64,000 nucleotides of DNA. Origin: an uncultured Solobacterium sp. Lineage in GTDB: Bacteria > Bacillota_I > Bacilli_A > Erysipelotrichales > Erysipelotrichaceae. The position numbers and the translations under genes are program-made. Below are positions 17,502 through 27,428 of the stretch, in pieces. Where the stretch lies: the NCBI GenBank assembly GCA_938036765.1, contig CALHWI010000119.1:5964-69963 (forward strand). Reading direction: 5' to 3'. Positions within the stretch are counted from its first letter, which is position 1; each line of letters starts with the position of its first letter. The notes under the pieces were generated by a model. The model searched no databases. It saw only the letters and a program-made list of their open reading frames with translations, and was not told the DNA's origin.

Positions 17502-18635
17502 ATGAAAAAATATCAAAAAAGAATAAAAAGAATGCTTGCGCTACTAATGCCTTTATTCATTCTCCTTGCACTTGTGATCAATATAATTGTTCCAGATAAA
17601 GATATTTTATTTGTGGAAAATCGTTCTCTACAAAAATTTCCTGAGATAAATAAAACATCATTCGTTGATGGTTCTTTTGAAAATAAAATGTCAAATTGGT
17701 TTGGAGATCAATTTGTGGGTCGAAACGGATTGATTCACCTTCGCTATGGAGTTTTAAAATTAATGGGACAAAAAAAGATCAATGATATTTATCTATGTGG
17801 TAAGCAGTTGATTGAAGATACAAAACTTCCAAATAAAACACAATTATCAAGAAATTTAAATGCGATCAATGCATTTACAGAAAAGCATTCTGATGTGGAT
17901 ACTTCATTTATGTTGATTCCTAATGCAGTATATGTACAAAATAAGCGATTACCTTATTTTTCAGATGAGAATGATCAAGGAAAAATTATGGATTCAATCT
18001 ATAATACTTTAGATAGTTCTGTTTATTCGTTTGATGCAAGAAAAACTTTAAAAAAGCACAGTGAAGAATATTTGTACTATAAGAGTGACCATCATTGGAC
18101 AAGCTTAGGTGCTTTCTATACATATCAAGCTTGGCAAAAACAACAAGGAAATGATGATGTTTCATTAAAAGATTATGATCAATATGTCGTTTCGAATAAT
18201 TTCCGTGGTACTTTAGCAAATGGTAGTGGCAGTTTTGGAATTAAGGATGATATTACTATTTTTGTAAATAAGAATTTAAGTGATTATTATGTTCAAGAAC
18301 CTAAACAAAAAAATAAAGGATCGATTTATGATTCAAGTTTCTTAAAGACAAAGGATCAATATAGTGTATTTTTAGGCGGGAATAAAGATATTCAAAGAAT
18401 TGAGTTAAACAATGATTCAAAACGTCATTTATTATTGTTTAAAGATTCTTATGCGAATAGCTTTGTTCAATTTATCATGAATGATTATCGTAGTATTACG
18501 ATTGTGGATCCAAGATATTATCGTGATGATATTGAAAAGGTGATGCAGGAAGATTTAATTACGGATGTAATGTATTTATATAACACAAATACGTTTGTAG
18601 AAGATACATCTTTAGCGGATGTGTTGGGAGAATAG
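17502..18635 (+). CDS. DHHW-motif protein (AlgJ/AlgX-like extracellular acyltransferase partner)
   Basis: N-terminal TM anchor. SDHHWTSLGAFY motif. Confidence 0.7.
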   Translation: MKKYQKRIKRMLALLMPLFILLALVINIIVPDKDILFVENRSLQKFPEINKTSFVDGSFENKMSNWFGDQFVGRNGLIHLRYGVLKLMGQKKINDIYLCGKQLIEDTKLPNKTQLSRNLNAINAFTEKHSDVDTSFMLIPNAVYVQNKRLPYFSDENDQGKIMDSIYNTLDSSVYSFDARKTLKKHSEEYLYYKSDHHWTSLGAFYTYQAWQKQQGNDDVSLKDYDQYVVSNNFRGTLANGSGSFGIKDDITIFVNKNLSDYYVQEPKQKNKGSIYDSSFLKTKDQYSVFLGGNKDIQRIELNNDSKRHLLLFKDSYANSFVQFIMNDYRSITIVDPRYYRDDIEKVMQEDLITDVMYLYNTNTFVEDTSLADVLGE

Positions 18636-18637
18636 CA

Positions 18638-19384
18638 ATGAAAAAAATAAGGAAAAAACATTTTAGCATATTAATTCTTGGGGTGATTATCGTATGTGTG
18701 TTTGTGTCTTTTTTTCAAAACAGTCCTAAAAAAGGGGTTGAATATATTGAGGCACAAGAACATAGAAATTTAAAAAAAGTCACACAAAAAATTGCGAAAA
18801 ATAAGGAGAAAGAAAGAGAAAAAGCTATTTTAGAAGGAAAATTAGATCCATTTTCTTTATTAGGTGATTTTGTGTTTTATGGAGATTCAAGGGTGCTTCA
18901 TTATTGTTCTTATGGCTTTTTAGATTCTTCACGCATTTTTGCGGATAATGGAGAAACCTTCGCAAATACATCTAAATATAATGATCGATTGAAAGAATTG
19001 AATCCAAAACGTGTACTAATGGCATATGGAGTAAATGATATTTACTATAAGGTTGGAGACGATGAAGAGGGTGGTTATCCACAAGTTGTGCGTAATGCCT
19101 TGGAAGAAATACATGAAATAGTGCCAAAGGCTACAATTTATGTGTGTGGAATGATTCCTATTAGTCCATATGGATTACAACGTTTAAAAATGGTTGAAAA
19201 TTCAGGTGAATTTAATTCTGTATTAAAGGAAATTGTCGATGAATATGATTTTGTTGAATATATTGATGATGAAACATTAAGCGTAGGTGGATTAGCATAT
19301 ATATATGCAGATGATGGCTATCACTTTAAAAGCGATTTCTATCCAACATGGACTCAATATTTAGTATCTTGTATGGACAACTAA
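18638..19384 (+). CDS. SGNH/GDSL-like hydrolase or acyltransferase, membrane-anchored
   Basis: FYGDSR (block I-like), GVNDI and DGYH blocks. N-terminal TM segment. Confidence 0.6.
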   Translation: MKKIRKKHFSILILGVIIVCVFVSFFQNSPKKGVEYIEAQEHRNLKKVTQKIAKNKEKEREKAILEGKLDPFSLLGDFVFYGDSRVLHYCSYGFLDSSRIFADNGETFANTSKYNDRLKELNPKRVLMAYGVNDIYYKVGDDEEGGYPQVVRNALEEIHEIVPKATIYVCGMIPISPYGLQRLKMVENSGEFNSVLKEIVDEYDFVEYIDDETLSVGGLAYIYADDGYHFKSDFYPTWTQYLVSCMDN

Positions 19385-19466
19385 GAATGCGTATGTGTTC
19401 TTAGTTTTTTCTTTTTCTTACACCATTGTTAGAAAGAATTTTTGTGCTTTGCAGTATAATAAAGTG

Positions 19467-20144
19467 GGTGAGACTATGTATAAAATAATGATTGTAGAAG
19501 ATGATGAACTCATCTCAAAAAAATTAGAATCGTTTCTTAAATCTTGGAACTATGATGTTAATCGAGTTGTTGATTTTTATAATGTGTTGGATGCATTTCA
19601 TTCCTTTAATCCAGACTTAGTATTAATGGATATAACACTGCCTTATTTAAATGGATATTTATGGACGGAAAAGATTCGTGAAGAATCCAAAGTTCCAATT
19701 ATCTTTATTTCAAGTGCTACAGACAATATGAGTATTGTGATGGCTATATCTAAGGGTGCAGATGATTTTGTGTGTAAACCATTTGATTTGAATGTTCTTG
19801 CCGCTAAAATCACCGCTATATTAAGACGTAGCTATGACTTTGTATCCAATTATAATGTACTAGAATATCAAGGTGTACGCTTTAATTTAGATGATAATAC
19901 TGTAAGTTTTCAATCTATGAATATTGAACTTAGCAAGAATGAGGCGAAGATACTTCGACTGCTTATGGAAAAGAAGGGGACGATTGTATCTCGTGATAGT
20001 TTAATGGAATATTTGTGGAAGACGGATTTTTATGTGGATGAAAATGCATTAAGTGTGAATGTGAATCGTTTGCGTAAAAAGTTAGAGAGTATTGGCATTG
20101 TGGATTTTATTCAAACTAAAAAAGGATTGGGATATAAAATATGA
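19467..20144 (+). CDS. OmpR-family response regulator (BceR/GraR-like)
   Basis: MYKIMIVEDDE receiver start, conserved D and K. C-terminal winged helix LGYKI. Start ATG 19467 inside ORF 19395. Confidence 0.85.
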   Translation, partial: GETMYKIMIVEDDELISKKLESFLKSWNYDVNRVVDFYNVLDAFHSFNPDLVLMDITLPYLNGYLWTEKIREESKVPIIFISSATDNMSIVMAISKGADDFVCKPFDLNVLAAKITAILRRSYDFVSNYNVLEYQGVRFNLDDNTVSFQSMNIELSKNEAKILRLLMEKKGTIVSRDSLMEYLWKTDFYVDENALSVNVNRLRKKLESIGIVDFIQTKKGLGYKI

Positions 20145-21130
20145 AGTTGCTTAGTCATTATTTAAAAGATCGATTGTTTTTTATAATGATTTATGTTGTA
20201 AGTGTTTTGATCTGTTTATGTGTATTTAAACTCTATAATCTAGAACTTGAAGCTTTTACATATGCCTTTATGATTTTATGTGTTTTGTTGGTGGTTTGTT
20301 TCTGTGTGGATTACTACAAATATTATAAGAAACACCAAACCTTAGTAACACTTCAATCCAATAGTAATGTTTCTTTGTCTTGTGATCTTCAAGATTCTTC
20401 ATTGATGGGAGAAGACTATCATAAAATCTTAGTGGCTATGAAAGAGTATCATGATGAGTATGTTATTTCTTCGGAAAATAAAATGCATGATCTAGAAGAT
20501 TATTTTACGATGTGGGTGCATCAGGCTAAACTTCCTATTGCTGCTATGAAATTGTTACTTGAAGACGAGAAATTGAGTCGTAGTGAAATTAAGCTTCAGC
20601 TCTTACGTATGGATCAATATACAGATATGGTTTTAGCCTATTTACGCTTAAATAGTACGCACACGGATTTCTTATTTAAAGAATTAGAATTGGATGATTT
20701 GATTCGACAATCGATTCGTCGCTTTTCTACAGAATTTATTCGTAAACACATTCAGTTGAGTTTTAAAGAAACCGGGGATGTTATTTTGAGTGATGAAAAG
20801 TGGCTTGTGTTTGTGTTGGAACAAATTCTTTCAAATAGTCTTAAATATACAAAAGAAAATGGTTTGATATCTATATATATGAAGTCTAAACATATTTTAG
20901 TGATTGAAGATAATGGGATTGGTATTAGTGCAAGTGATTTAACTCGTGTGTTTGAAAAGGGATATACGGGCATAAATGGGCGTAGTGATAAAACCGCAAG
21001 TGGTCTAGGTCTATATTTATGTAAGAATATTTTGAATATGTTAAATCATAAAATAACAATTGAATCAAGTGTTGGTGAAGGCACTCGAGTGATATTAGAT
21101 CTTACGCATTTTGAAGGAAGAATTGAGTAA
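20141..21130 (+). CDS. Intramembrane-sensing histidine kinase (BceS-like)
   Basis: Two N-terminal TM helices with almost no extracellular loop. HATPase motifs VIEDNGIGI and GLGLYLC. Start overlaps the RR stop. Confidence 0.85.
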   Translation: MKLLSHYLKDRLFFIMIYVVSVLICLCVFKLYNLELEAFTYAFMILCVLLVVCFCVDYYKYYKKHQTLVTLQSNSNVSLSCDLQDSSLMGEDYHKILVAMKEYHDEYVISSENKMHDLEDYFTMWVHQAKLPIAAMKLLLEDEKLSRSEIKLQLLRMDQYTDMVLAYLRLNSTHTDFLFKELELDDLIRQSIRRFSTEFIRKHIQLSFKETGDVILSDEKWLVFVLEQILSNSLKYTKENGLISIYMKSKHILVIEDNGIGISASDLTRVFEKGYTGINGRSDKTASGLGLYLCKNILNMLNHKITIESSVGEGTRVILDLTHFEGRIE

Positions 21131-21221
21131 TCTTACAATCTTGTAAGGATAGTGTTAGCTGAATCGATGGCTGCATTTTTGAATTCTTTGTAGAATTTTG
21201 GTGTACATGGAGGTAATGAAT

Positions 21222-21989
21222 ATGGCATTATTGGAAGTAAAAAATTTGAAAAAAGTATATACAACAAGATTTACACAGAATCAAGTACAGGCATTGAGTA
21301 ATGTGAATTTTAGTGTGAATAAAGGCGAATATGTAGCTATCATGGGTGAATCTGGTTCGGGTAAGACAACCTTATTAAATATCTTGGCGGCTTTAGATAA
21401 ACCAACAAGTGGACAAGTCTTGCTGCATGGTAAAGATATTACGCATATTTCAGAAAAGGAAATTGCGAACTTTCGAAGAGAACATTTAGGATTTGTATTT
21501 CAAGACTTTAATTTATTAGATAATTTTAATAATCGCGATAATATTTTCTTGCCTTTAGTTTTAAGTAAGAAAAAATATCCGGAAATGAAAGAAAGATTGA
21601 CTCCAATCGCCAAACAATTAGGGATTGAAGATATTTTAGATAAGTTTCCATATGAAATTAGTGGTGGACAAAAACAGCGTGTAGCTGTTGCTCGTGCTAT
21701 CATCACAAATCCAGATCTAATTTTGGCGGATGAGCCAACAGGGGCTTTGGATTCAAAGAGTACAGAGGAACTTTTACATTTGTTTGGAACCATCAATGAA
21801 AATCAACAGACGATCGTAATGGTAACCCATTCGACAAAGGCTGCCAGTCATGCGTCTCGCGTTCTATTTATTAAGGATGGAAAGATCTTCCATGAAATTT
21901 ATAAGGGTAACAAGAATTTAGATCAGATGTACCAATGTATTAGTGATACGTTGACATTACTAGCTACAGGTGGTGTTCATCATGAGTAG
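21222..21989 (+). CDS. ABC transporter ATP-binding protein (BceA-like)
   Basis: Walker A GESGSGKTT, signature LSGGQKQR, Walker B LILADEPTGALD. Start ATG 21222 after a GGAGG SD. Confidence 0.9.
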   Translation: MALLEVKNLKKVYTTRFTQNQVQALSNVNFSVNKGEYVAIMGESGSGKTTLLNILAALDKPTSGQVLLHGKDITHISEKEIANFRREHLGFVFQDFNLLDNFNNRDNIFLPLVLSKKKYPEMKERLTPIAKQLGIEDILDKFPYEISGGQKQRVAVARAIITNPDLILADEPTGALDSKSTEELLHLFGTINENQQTIVMVTHSTKAASHASRVLFIKDGKIFHEIYKGNKNLDQMYQCISDTLTLLATGGVHHE

Positions 21990-23949
21990 AGCTTTCTATT
22001 TAAATTTAGCAGTAGATAACTTGAAAAAGAATGCGCGTACCATCATTCCTTATATATTAACGAGTGTCTTAACGACAATGATGTTGTATATGGTCGTTTC
22101 TTTGGCAACTAATCCGCATTTAGATGAAATTGTAGGAGGAACATCTATAAAGCAGTTATTAGGTTTTGGCATTGTGATTATTGAAATCTTTGCGTTTATC
22201 TTCTTGTTCTATACACATAGTTTCTTGATTAAAAGAAGACAAAAAGAGTTTGCGTTATTTTCTATATTAGGAATGGAAAAGAAACACTTAGCTCGCGTCT
22301 TGTTTTATGAGACATTAATAACTCTACTTGTTTCATTAATTTTAGGGATTGGATTAGGTGTTTTATTGGATAAAGCGATGTTTTTAATCATCGCAAAAAT
22401 GATTGGTGCAGATATTGTACTCGGCTTCTACTTTTCTTTTTTTGGCATGAGACAATGCGTTCTTGTGATTGGATTGATTTATGTATTGATCTATTTCTAT
22501 TCTATGATTCGTATTCATATTTCAAGTCCAATTGAATTGCTTCATTCCGATCATATGGGCGAAAAAGAGCCTAAGGCCAAATGGGTTCTTTCTATTATTG
22601 GTATTCTTTGTCTAGGCATTGGATACTATTTATCAATTACGACTAAAAATCCTTTAAGCGCACTCTACGTCTTTTTTGTGGCTGTAGTACTTGTCATTAT
22701 TGGAACCTATTTATTATTTACATCGATTTCGATCACTTTCTTAAAATTAATGAAGAAAAACAGGAATTATTATTATAAGACGAATCACTTTATTAGTATT
22801 TCTGGCATGATGTATCGTATGAAACAAAATGCCGTAGGACTAGCCAATATTTGTATTCTTTCAACAATGGTTTTAGTGATGTTGTCTACAACACTCAGTA
22901 TGTGGTCAGGTATTGATGAAATTGTGGATTCGCAATACCCTAGAAGTGTAATGGGAAATGGATATGGGGAAGCTGCCAATATTGATTTTGATGAAATGAA
23001 TGAAGAATTGATTCGTATGGGCATTGTTCCAAAGAATCTTCTTGCGTATAAAGAATTGAGCTATGCTGGATATTTAAAGAATGGAACTTTGATTACAGAT
23101 TACCAGAATGAGGGGATGAATGCCGTAAATGAGATTCAAGAATTTTATTGCCTTCCACTAAAGGATATTCAGGATTATGAAAATATTAAGGGGTCTTTAA
23201 AGCCAAATGAAATCTATGTGTATTCCAACGTAGAAACAATCAAAGAAAAGACTTTATCTTTATTTGGAAAAGAATATGTTGTGAAGAAACAATTGGACCA
23301 CTTGAAGATGGATGAGAGCAATCCCAATGTGACAGAACATTATTATATTATTGTGGATTCAGAAAAGACTTTAGAGAGGATGCAAGAAGATCAGACAAAT
23401 GTGTATGGCGACAACGCGAGTACAATATTTGCGAGTTATTCATTTGATTGTGATGCGAATGAGCGTGAAGTTATTAAAAAGTTAGGCCAGAATGAGAATA
23501 TAAATGATTTTATTTGGATGAATAAATCGGATCAGAAACAACGCTTGATTGAATTATATGCAGGCATCTTATTTATTGGAATCTTCTTAAGCTTTTTATT
23601 TATCATGGCAACCATTCTAATTATGTACTACAAGCAAATTACAGAAGGCTATGAAGATAAGGATCGTTTTGAGATTATGCAAAAAGTAGGACTTGAACAA
23701 AGTGATGTAAAGAAGGCTATTCATTCACAGGTATTAACGGTATTCTTTATGCCATTACTTGTGGCAGGGCTTCATGTTTGTTTTGCGTATCCAATGATTG
23801 AAAAGCTACTTCATTTGTTGTTTGTGAGTGATGCTTGGCTTTATATTCGAACAACAGCTATGTGTTTTGTGGCTTTTGCCCTAGTCTACATTGTGATTTA
23901 TGTATTAACTTCAAAAGTTTATTATGGAATTGTAAAGAGAAATGCTTAA
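21982..23949 (+). CDS. ABC transporter permease, FtsX family with large extracellular domain (BceB-like)
   Basis: About 655 aa, multi-TM with a central soluble loop. Adjacent to the BceA-like ATPase and BceRS-like TCS. Confidence 0.8.
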   Translation: MSRAFYLNLAVDNLKKNARTIIPYILTSVLTTMMLYMVVSLATNPHLDEIVGGTSIKQLLGFGIVIIEIFAFIFLFYTHSFLIKRRQKEFALFSILGMEKKHLARVLFYETLITLLVSLILGIGLGVLLDKAMFLIIAKMIGADIVLGFYFSFFGMRQCVLVIGLIYVLIYFYSMIRIHISSPIELLHSDHMGEKEPKAKWVLSIIGILCLGIGYYLSITTKNPLSALYVFFVAVVLVIIGTYLLFTSISITFLKLMKKNRNYYYKTNHFISISGMMYRMKQNAVGLANICILSTMVLVMLSTTLSMWSGIDEIVDSQYPRSVMGNGYGEAANIDFDEMNEELIRMGIVPKNLLAYKELSYAGYLKNGTLITDYQNEGMNAVNEIQEFYCLPLKDIQDYENIKGSLKPNEIYVYSNVETIKEKTLSLFGKEYVVKKQLDHLKMDESNPNVTEHYYIIVDSEKTLERMQEDQTNVYGDNASTIFASYSFDCDANEREVIKKLGQNENINDFIWMNKSDQKQRLIELYAGILFIGIFLSFLFIMATILIMYYKQITEGYEDKDRFEIMQKVGLEQSDVKKAIHSQVLTVFFMPLLVAGLHVCFAYPMIEKLLHLLFVSDAWLYIRTTAMCFVAFALVYIVIYVLTSKVYYGIVKRNA

Positions 23950-24056
23950 TTGGATATTGGGGTTTCTTTTGATTGGATTATGTATCTATATATATTATGT
24001 GAATCATCATGGAAATTAGTACTCGAATAGAGTACTATTTTTCTTAGGTGATATAT

Positions 24057-24767
24057 ATGTTTATAAATGGATTTGACATCTTGTGGGATGAAATTGATGA
24101 TTATGTGGCAGATATTAAAAGCCTACGAAGTATTGATCAATTCATGTTTACTAAGCCGGTAACTTTCTTTTGTGGAGAAAATGGAAGTGGTAAATCCACC
24201 TTATTAGAGGCTCTTGCGATTAAAAATGGATTGAATCCAGAAGGCGGAACAAAAAACTATAATTTTTCTACGTATGATTCGTATTCTAGTTTACACAAAC
24301 ATATGCGTTTATGGCGTTCTAGAAAACCGGATTGGATGTATTTTTTGCGTGCAGAAAGCTTTTATAATGTGGCAACTAAGGAAATGGAATATCGTGGTGT
24401 TTTTTCTGAAAGATACCATGATCAATCGCATGGTCAGAGTTTCTTTTCTGTATTGATGAAACAAACAAATAAAAATGGATTATACTTTCTAGATGAACCG
24501 GAAGCAGCTTTATCTTGTCAGAATCAATTGGCCTTACTCTATTTGATTGAGGAATGTGTGAAACAGAATTGTCAGTTTATCATTGCGACACATTCACCTA
24601 TATTATTGGGCTTTCCCAATGCTCAAATCTTATCGTTTGATGATGGTAAGGTAGAAGAAGTGGATTATAAATCAACTTCTAGCTATCAAACGATGAAATT
24701 GTTTTTGGATCGGTATGATTATTTTGTGAAAGACATTCAAGAGAATAATGAAGGAGGGATATTGTGA
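24057..24767 (+). CDS. Stand-alone AAA/ABC-type ATPase (AAA_15/21-like)
   Basis: Walker A GENGSGKSTLLEAL and Walker B FLDEPEAALS. SD AGGTGA 6 nt upstream of ATG 24057. Confidence 0.55.
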   Translation: MFINGFDILWDEIDDYVADIKSLRSIDQFMFTKPVTFFCGENGSGKSTLLEALAIKNGLNPEGGTKNYNFSTYDSYSSLHKHMRLWRSRKPDWMYFLRAESFYNVATKEMEYRGVFSERYHDQSHGQSFFSVLMKQTNKNGLYFLDEPEAALSCQNQLALLYLIEECVKQNCQFIIATHSPILLGFPNAQILSFDDGKVEEVDYKSTSSYQTMKLFLDRYDYFVKDIQENNEGGIL

Positions 24768-25237
24768 TTAAATTAATTGCGATTGGAAAGAATAAAGATA
24801 AGGCATTACAGTCTTTGGAAAAAGAATATATGAAGCGATTGTCGGCTTTTTGTAAGTTTAGTGAAATCGAAGTCAAGGATGAAGCAAATGAGCATGTTTC
24901 TAGAGAAGCCGAGGTTTTATTGGTGAAAGAAAAAGAGGGGAATCGTGTTCTAGAAAAATTATCGGATCAAGATTTTGTGGTATTACTTGATCTTCATGGC
25001 AAAATGATTGATTCCGAAACATTTGCGAAAAATTTGGATATGTGGCAAATGAAGCATTCAAATATTGTTTTTGTGATTGCAGGAAGTCTAGGACCAAGTG
25101 AAAAATTAGTTTCTAGAGCGAATTATCGTTGGAAATTATCGGATCTAACTTTTACACATTTAATGACGCGTGTCTTGATGTTGGAACAGATTTATCGTGG
25201 TTTTATGATCAATAATGGTCGTAATTACCACAAGTAA
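24764..25237 (+). CDS. rlmH: 23S rRNA (pseudouridine1915-N3)-methyltransferase RlmH (SPOUT)
   Basis: 157 aa. MIKLIAIGK N-terminus. GTG start after GGAGGG. Confidence 0.75.
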   Translation: MIKLIAIGKNKDKALQSLEKEYMKRLSAFCKFSEIEVKDEANEHVSREAEVLLVKEKEGNRVLEKLSDQDFVVLLDLHGKMIDSETFAKNLDMWQMKHSNIVFVIAGSLGPSEKLVSRANYRWKLSDLTFTHLMTRVLMLEQIYRGFMINNGRNYHK

Positions 25238-25345
25238 GTGATGTAAGCGCTTTTTGTGAAAGATTTTACTTGTGAAAAACTAGTCAATCAATTTATGTAG
25301 TGATATAATGGATGTGCAAAAAAATGACAGTAGGAGGAATATACA

Positions 25346-26529
25346 TGACAAAGAGAACTGTTAAAGACCTTGATGTTGCTGGAAAAAAGGTCATCGTACG
25401 TTGTGATTTTAACGTGCCAAGAAAAGATGGTGTTATCACAGATGATAACCGTATCGTAATGGCTTTACCTACAATTAAATATTTAGTAGAAAACAAAGCT
25501 AAAGTTATTTTGATGTCTCACTTAGGAAAAGTTAAGACTGAAGAAGACAAAGCTAAAAACAACTTGGAATGCGTAGCTGTACGTTTACAAGAATTGTTAC
25601 CAGATGTAAAAGTAACTTTCTGCCCAGTAACTCGTGGTGAAGAGTTAGAAAACGCTGTAAATGCATTAGCTGATGGAGAAATCGTATTAATGCAAAATAC
25701 TCGTTACGAAAAAGGCGAAAGCAAAAACGATCCTGAATTAGGTGCATATTGGGCTAGCTTAGGTGAAGTATTCGTTGAAGATGCATTCGGATCTGTTCAC
25801 CGTGCTCACGCTTCTACTGTAGGTATCCCTACAAATATTAAAGAAAATGGATTAGGATTCTTAGTTGAAAAAGAAGTTACAATGTTAGGAAAAGCTGTTG
25901 ATGAACCAGCTCACCCATTCGTAGCTATCATTGGTGGATCTAAAGTATCTAGTAAGATCGATGTTGTTGACAACTTATTGAAAAAAGCTGACAAAGTTAT
26001 CATCGGTGGTGGAATGGCATATACATTCTCTAAAGCTGTTGGTGGTTCAATCGGTACTTCATTAGTTGAAGATGACAAATTGGATTTAGCTAAAGAATAT
26101 TTAGAAAAAGCTGGAGACAAATTAGTTCTTCCTGTAGATAACGTAATCGCTGATGCATTCAGTGAAGATGCTAACACTTCTGTTGCAGATGCTGGACAAA
26201 TTCCTGATGGATGGATGGGATTAGATATTGGTCCTAAATCTGTTGAATTGTTCAGAAATACTTTAGCTGGTGCTAAAACTGTAGTATGGAATGGACCTAT
26301 GGGTGTATTCGAAATGCCTAAATTCGCTAAAGGTACTGAAGAAGTATGTAAAGCAATCTCTGAATTACCAGATGCTATTACAGTAATCGGTGGTGGAGAT
26401 TCTGCTGCTGCTGCAAAACAATTAGGATATGCAGACAAATTCTCTCACGTTTCAACTGGTGGTGGAGCTAGTTTGGAATACATGGAAGGTAAAACATTAC
26501 CTGGTATCGCTATTATCAGCGAAAAGTAA
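25346..26529 (+). CDS. pgk: Phosphoglycerate kinase
   Basis: Full-length Pgk homology. Start ATG 25346 ([16 protein letters not shown]). High codon bias. Confidence 0.95.
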
Positions 26530-26547
26530 TAAGGAGATGTACTTAAA

Positions 26548-27294
26548 ATGAGAAAACCTATTATCGTTGGAAACTGGAAAATGAATAAAAACAACGCTGA
26601 AACAAAAGCTTTCTTCGAAGCTGTTGACGGTGTTGCTGCTAGCGAAAATGCTACTTATGGAATTGGATGTCCATTTACTGATTTAAGAACTGCATTGGAT
26701 CACGCTAAAAACTTAGTTGTAGCTGCTGAAAACTGCCACTTTGAAGATAGTGGAGCTTTCACAGGTGAAGTTAGTGTTCCTATGTTAGAAGAAATGGGTG
26801 TTAAATACTGCATTATCGGTCACTCAGAACGTCGTGAAATGTTTGGTGATACTGATGAAACAGTAAACAAAAAAGCAAAACGTTTAATCAAAGCTGGAAT
26901 CACTCCAATCTTATGTGTTGGTGAAACAGAAGCTGATTACGATGCTGGAAACTCAGAAAAAGTAATTCGTGAAGAATTAGCTGGTTCATTAGCTGACTTA
27001 TGTCCAAAATGTGTTGGTGAAATGGTAATTGCCTACGAACCAATCTGGGCTATTGGAACTGGAAAATCTGCTTCAGTTGAAATTGCTGAAAACTGCTGTA
27101 AGATTGTACGTGACCAAGTTAAGGTTATGTATGGTGAAGAAGCTGCTGAAAAAGTACGTATCCAATATGGTGGAAGTGTTAAACCTAACAATATCGTTGA
27201 ATATATGGCTCAACCAGATATCGATGGTGCATTAATTGGTGGTGCTAGTTTAAAAGAAGATAGCTTCACAGAAATCATTGAAAAAACAAAATAA
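26548..27294 (+). CDS. tpiA: Triosephosphate isomerase
   Basis: IVGNWKMN and AYEPIWAIGTG motifs. Confidence 0.95.
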   Translation: MRKPIIVGNWKMNKNNAETKAFFEAVDGVAASENATYGIGCPFTDLRTALDHAKNLVVAAENCHFEDSGAFTGEVSVPMLEEMGVKYCIIGHSERREMFGDTDETVNKKAKRLIKAGITPILCVGETEADYDAGNSEKVIREELAGSLADLCPKCVGEMVIAYEPIWAIGTGKSASVEIAENCCKIVRDQVKVMYGEEAAEKVRIQYGGSVKPNNIVEYMAQPDIDGALIGGASLKEDSFTEIIEKTK

Positions 27295-27305
27295 TTAATG
27301 ATGAT

Positions 27306-27334
27306 TTAGGCCTCGAAAGAGGCCTTTAATTTTA
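27306..27334 (+). terminator. Terminator after tpiA
   Basis: AGGCCTC-GAAA-GAGGCCT hairpin followed by a T-rich tail. Confidence 0.55.
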
Positions 27335-27428
27335 GTGGCTTCTAACCAAAAATAAAATAAAGGGTTGTTTGTGAGGCGGTTTCATGGTAAAATACTCATG
27401 AACTATTTTAAATAGGGGGTAGAATAAA

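Noticed and set aside
25911-26438. 175-aa minus-strand ORF antisense to pgk
   Set aside because: Fully embedded antisense in a highly conserved, codon-biased glycolytic gene. No SD. Typical spurious long ORF.
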